Shown one piece after another: positions 44,992-45,726 of a DNA stretch of 45,726 nt; the first letter of the stretch is position 1, and each line of letters starts with the position of its first letter. Where the stretch lies: positions 1 to 45,726 of the forward strand of contig JAXLYI010000029.1 of NCBI GenBank assembly GCA_046351555.1, in the 5' to 3' direction. Under the pieces are notes generated by a model. It saw only the letters and a program-made list of their open reading frames with translations, was not told the DNA's origin and ran no database searches. The stretch is from Polyangiales bacterium (GTDB lineage Bacteria; Myxococcota_A; Polyangia; Polyangiales; Ga0077539). A program made the position numbers and the translations under genes.

Positions 44992-45702
44992 TCAGCGCTG
45001 CGGGGCGGCGGGGGCAGGAGCGGGGCGGGTGACGGCGCCGCGGGGCGTGGGCGACGGCGCGGGGCTCACGAACGCACGGTACACGAGCACCGCCAGCGCC
45101 GCGAGCACGACGAGCGCGAGCAGCAGCGTCCAGGGCGAGGTGGCCCGGCGGCGCGGGGCCGGCGCCGACGGCAGCGACGCGCGGGCGTCCATCGGCGCGG
45201 GGAGCTGCGCGGGCGAAGCGTCGTCCTCGCGCGAGGACGGCGGCGCATAGCTCGCGGAGGGCGCCACCTCCTTCGCCATCTCGCGGCGCTTTGCCGGCGC
45301 GGGGGCCTCGGACTTCGACGCGACGGGCTTCGGCTCGGCGAGCGGCGCGCGCTGCGGGGCCGGCGCGGGCTTCGCGGCGGGGGGCGGCGCACCGCCGGGG
45401 CCCATCGACACCGCGCGCCCGCCGGAGCGCGTCTCCATGCGGAACTCCTCCTTCTCCATGGGCTCGGGCGCAGCGGCGAAGGCGCCCGTGGTCGCGGCCC
45501 CACCGAGCGGCAGGTCGTCGAAGGACAGCGCCTCCTCGTCGGCGATGCTGTCGACGAACGCCGCGCCGTGGACGGGCTGCGCCCCGCTCGCCGCGCGCAG
45601 GCCCATCCCCTCGGCCGACACGCCGTACGGAACCTCCTGCGGCTGCGCCTCGCTGCGACGCTTCGCCTCCGGGTCGACCGTGCGCTCGCGGCTCACGGCC
45701 AC
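44992..45702 (-). CDS. Pro/Ala-rich protein with a C-terminal TM helix; may extend beyond the ORF start
   Basis: ...PWTLLLALVVLAALAVLVYRAF... follows a long low-complexity P/A-rich region. The gene sits upstream of the ECF sigma gene on the same strand. Confidence 0.35.
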   Translation of the reverse strand: MAVSRERTVDPEAKRRSEAQPQEVPYGVSAEGMGLRAASGAQPVHGAAFVDSIADEEALSFDDLPLGGAATTGAFAAAPEPMEKEEFRMETRSGGRAVSMGPGGAPPPAAKPAPAPQRAPLAEPKPVASKSEAPAPAKRREMAKEVAPSASYAPPSSREDDASPAQLPAPMDARASLPSAPAPRRRATSPWTLLLALVVLAALAVLVYRAFVSPAPSPTPRGAVTRPAPAPAAPQR

Positions 45703-45726
45703 CCACGAGGTGAGGCGAGTGGCGAT

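Noticed and set aside
1-45726. CRISPR arrays, rRNA genes and IS transposases
   Set aside because: No spacer-repeat periodicity, no rRNA-like conserved stretches, and no DDE or HUH transposase motifs were seen in any frame.

Overview
This 45.7-kb window comes from a very GC-rich chromosome (about 70% GC). It has many Ser/Thr kinases, Cys-rich repeat proteins and a GldG-type ABC system, which is a Myxococcota-like gene content. Because of the GC bias, most long ORFs in the six-frame track are frame or antisense shadows. Real genes were picked by recognisable protein families and by codon-position GC. The main result is an integron at the left end of the window. Positions 1-811 on the minus strand encode the N-terminal ~270 aa of an integron integrase (IntI); its C-terminus lies beyond the window start. 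It is followed by an attI site with two IntI-binding direct repeats and a GTTAGGC core. Downstream on the plus strand is a low-GC block of about 3.9 kb (45-52% GC) that looks like two gene cassettes, each ending in a near-identical 91-bp attC site (RYYYAAC...GTTRRRY with imperfect inverted arms). Cassette 1 carries a 305-aa protein with a textbook HEPN RNase motif (RNAAVH). Its stop codon overlaps a 101-nt element that folds as a class-I tRNA (anticodon CUC) but has a 30-nt insertion at the canonical 37/38 intron position. Cassette 2 carries two uncharacterised genes. One is a 465-aa protein with a possible PD-x(n)-E nuclease-like patch. The other is a 319-aa protein with an Mrr/Cap4-like PD-(D/E)xK N-terminal domain (D...QVK). 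This pair is a candidate undescribed cassette-borne defence or toxin system. The rest of the window looks like ordinary high-GC chromosome. It holds a GNAT acetyltransferase, a membrane GGDEF-EAL protein, two eukaryotic-like Ser/Thr kinases, a YdcF/DUF218 protein, a TolB-like propeller lipoprotein and a soluble FtsH-like AAA+/M41 protease. A four-gene ABC/GldG/DUF4340 operon follows, then a thioesterase, a radical-SAM protein, a di-haem cytochrome c fused to rhodanese, a Myxococcales Cys-rich repeat protein, RadC, a frameshifted vWA lipoprotein with a Flp/TadE-like pilin, a DUF2723-TPR membrane protein, a MocR regulator divergent from an EamA exporter, and a Phd/VapC TA pair. After those come a cNMP-binding patatin-like phospholipase, a glycan-modification cluster (SGNH hydrolase, carbamoyltransferase, polysaccharide deacetylase) and an ECF sigma factor. 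No CRISPR array or rRNA was found.
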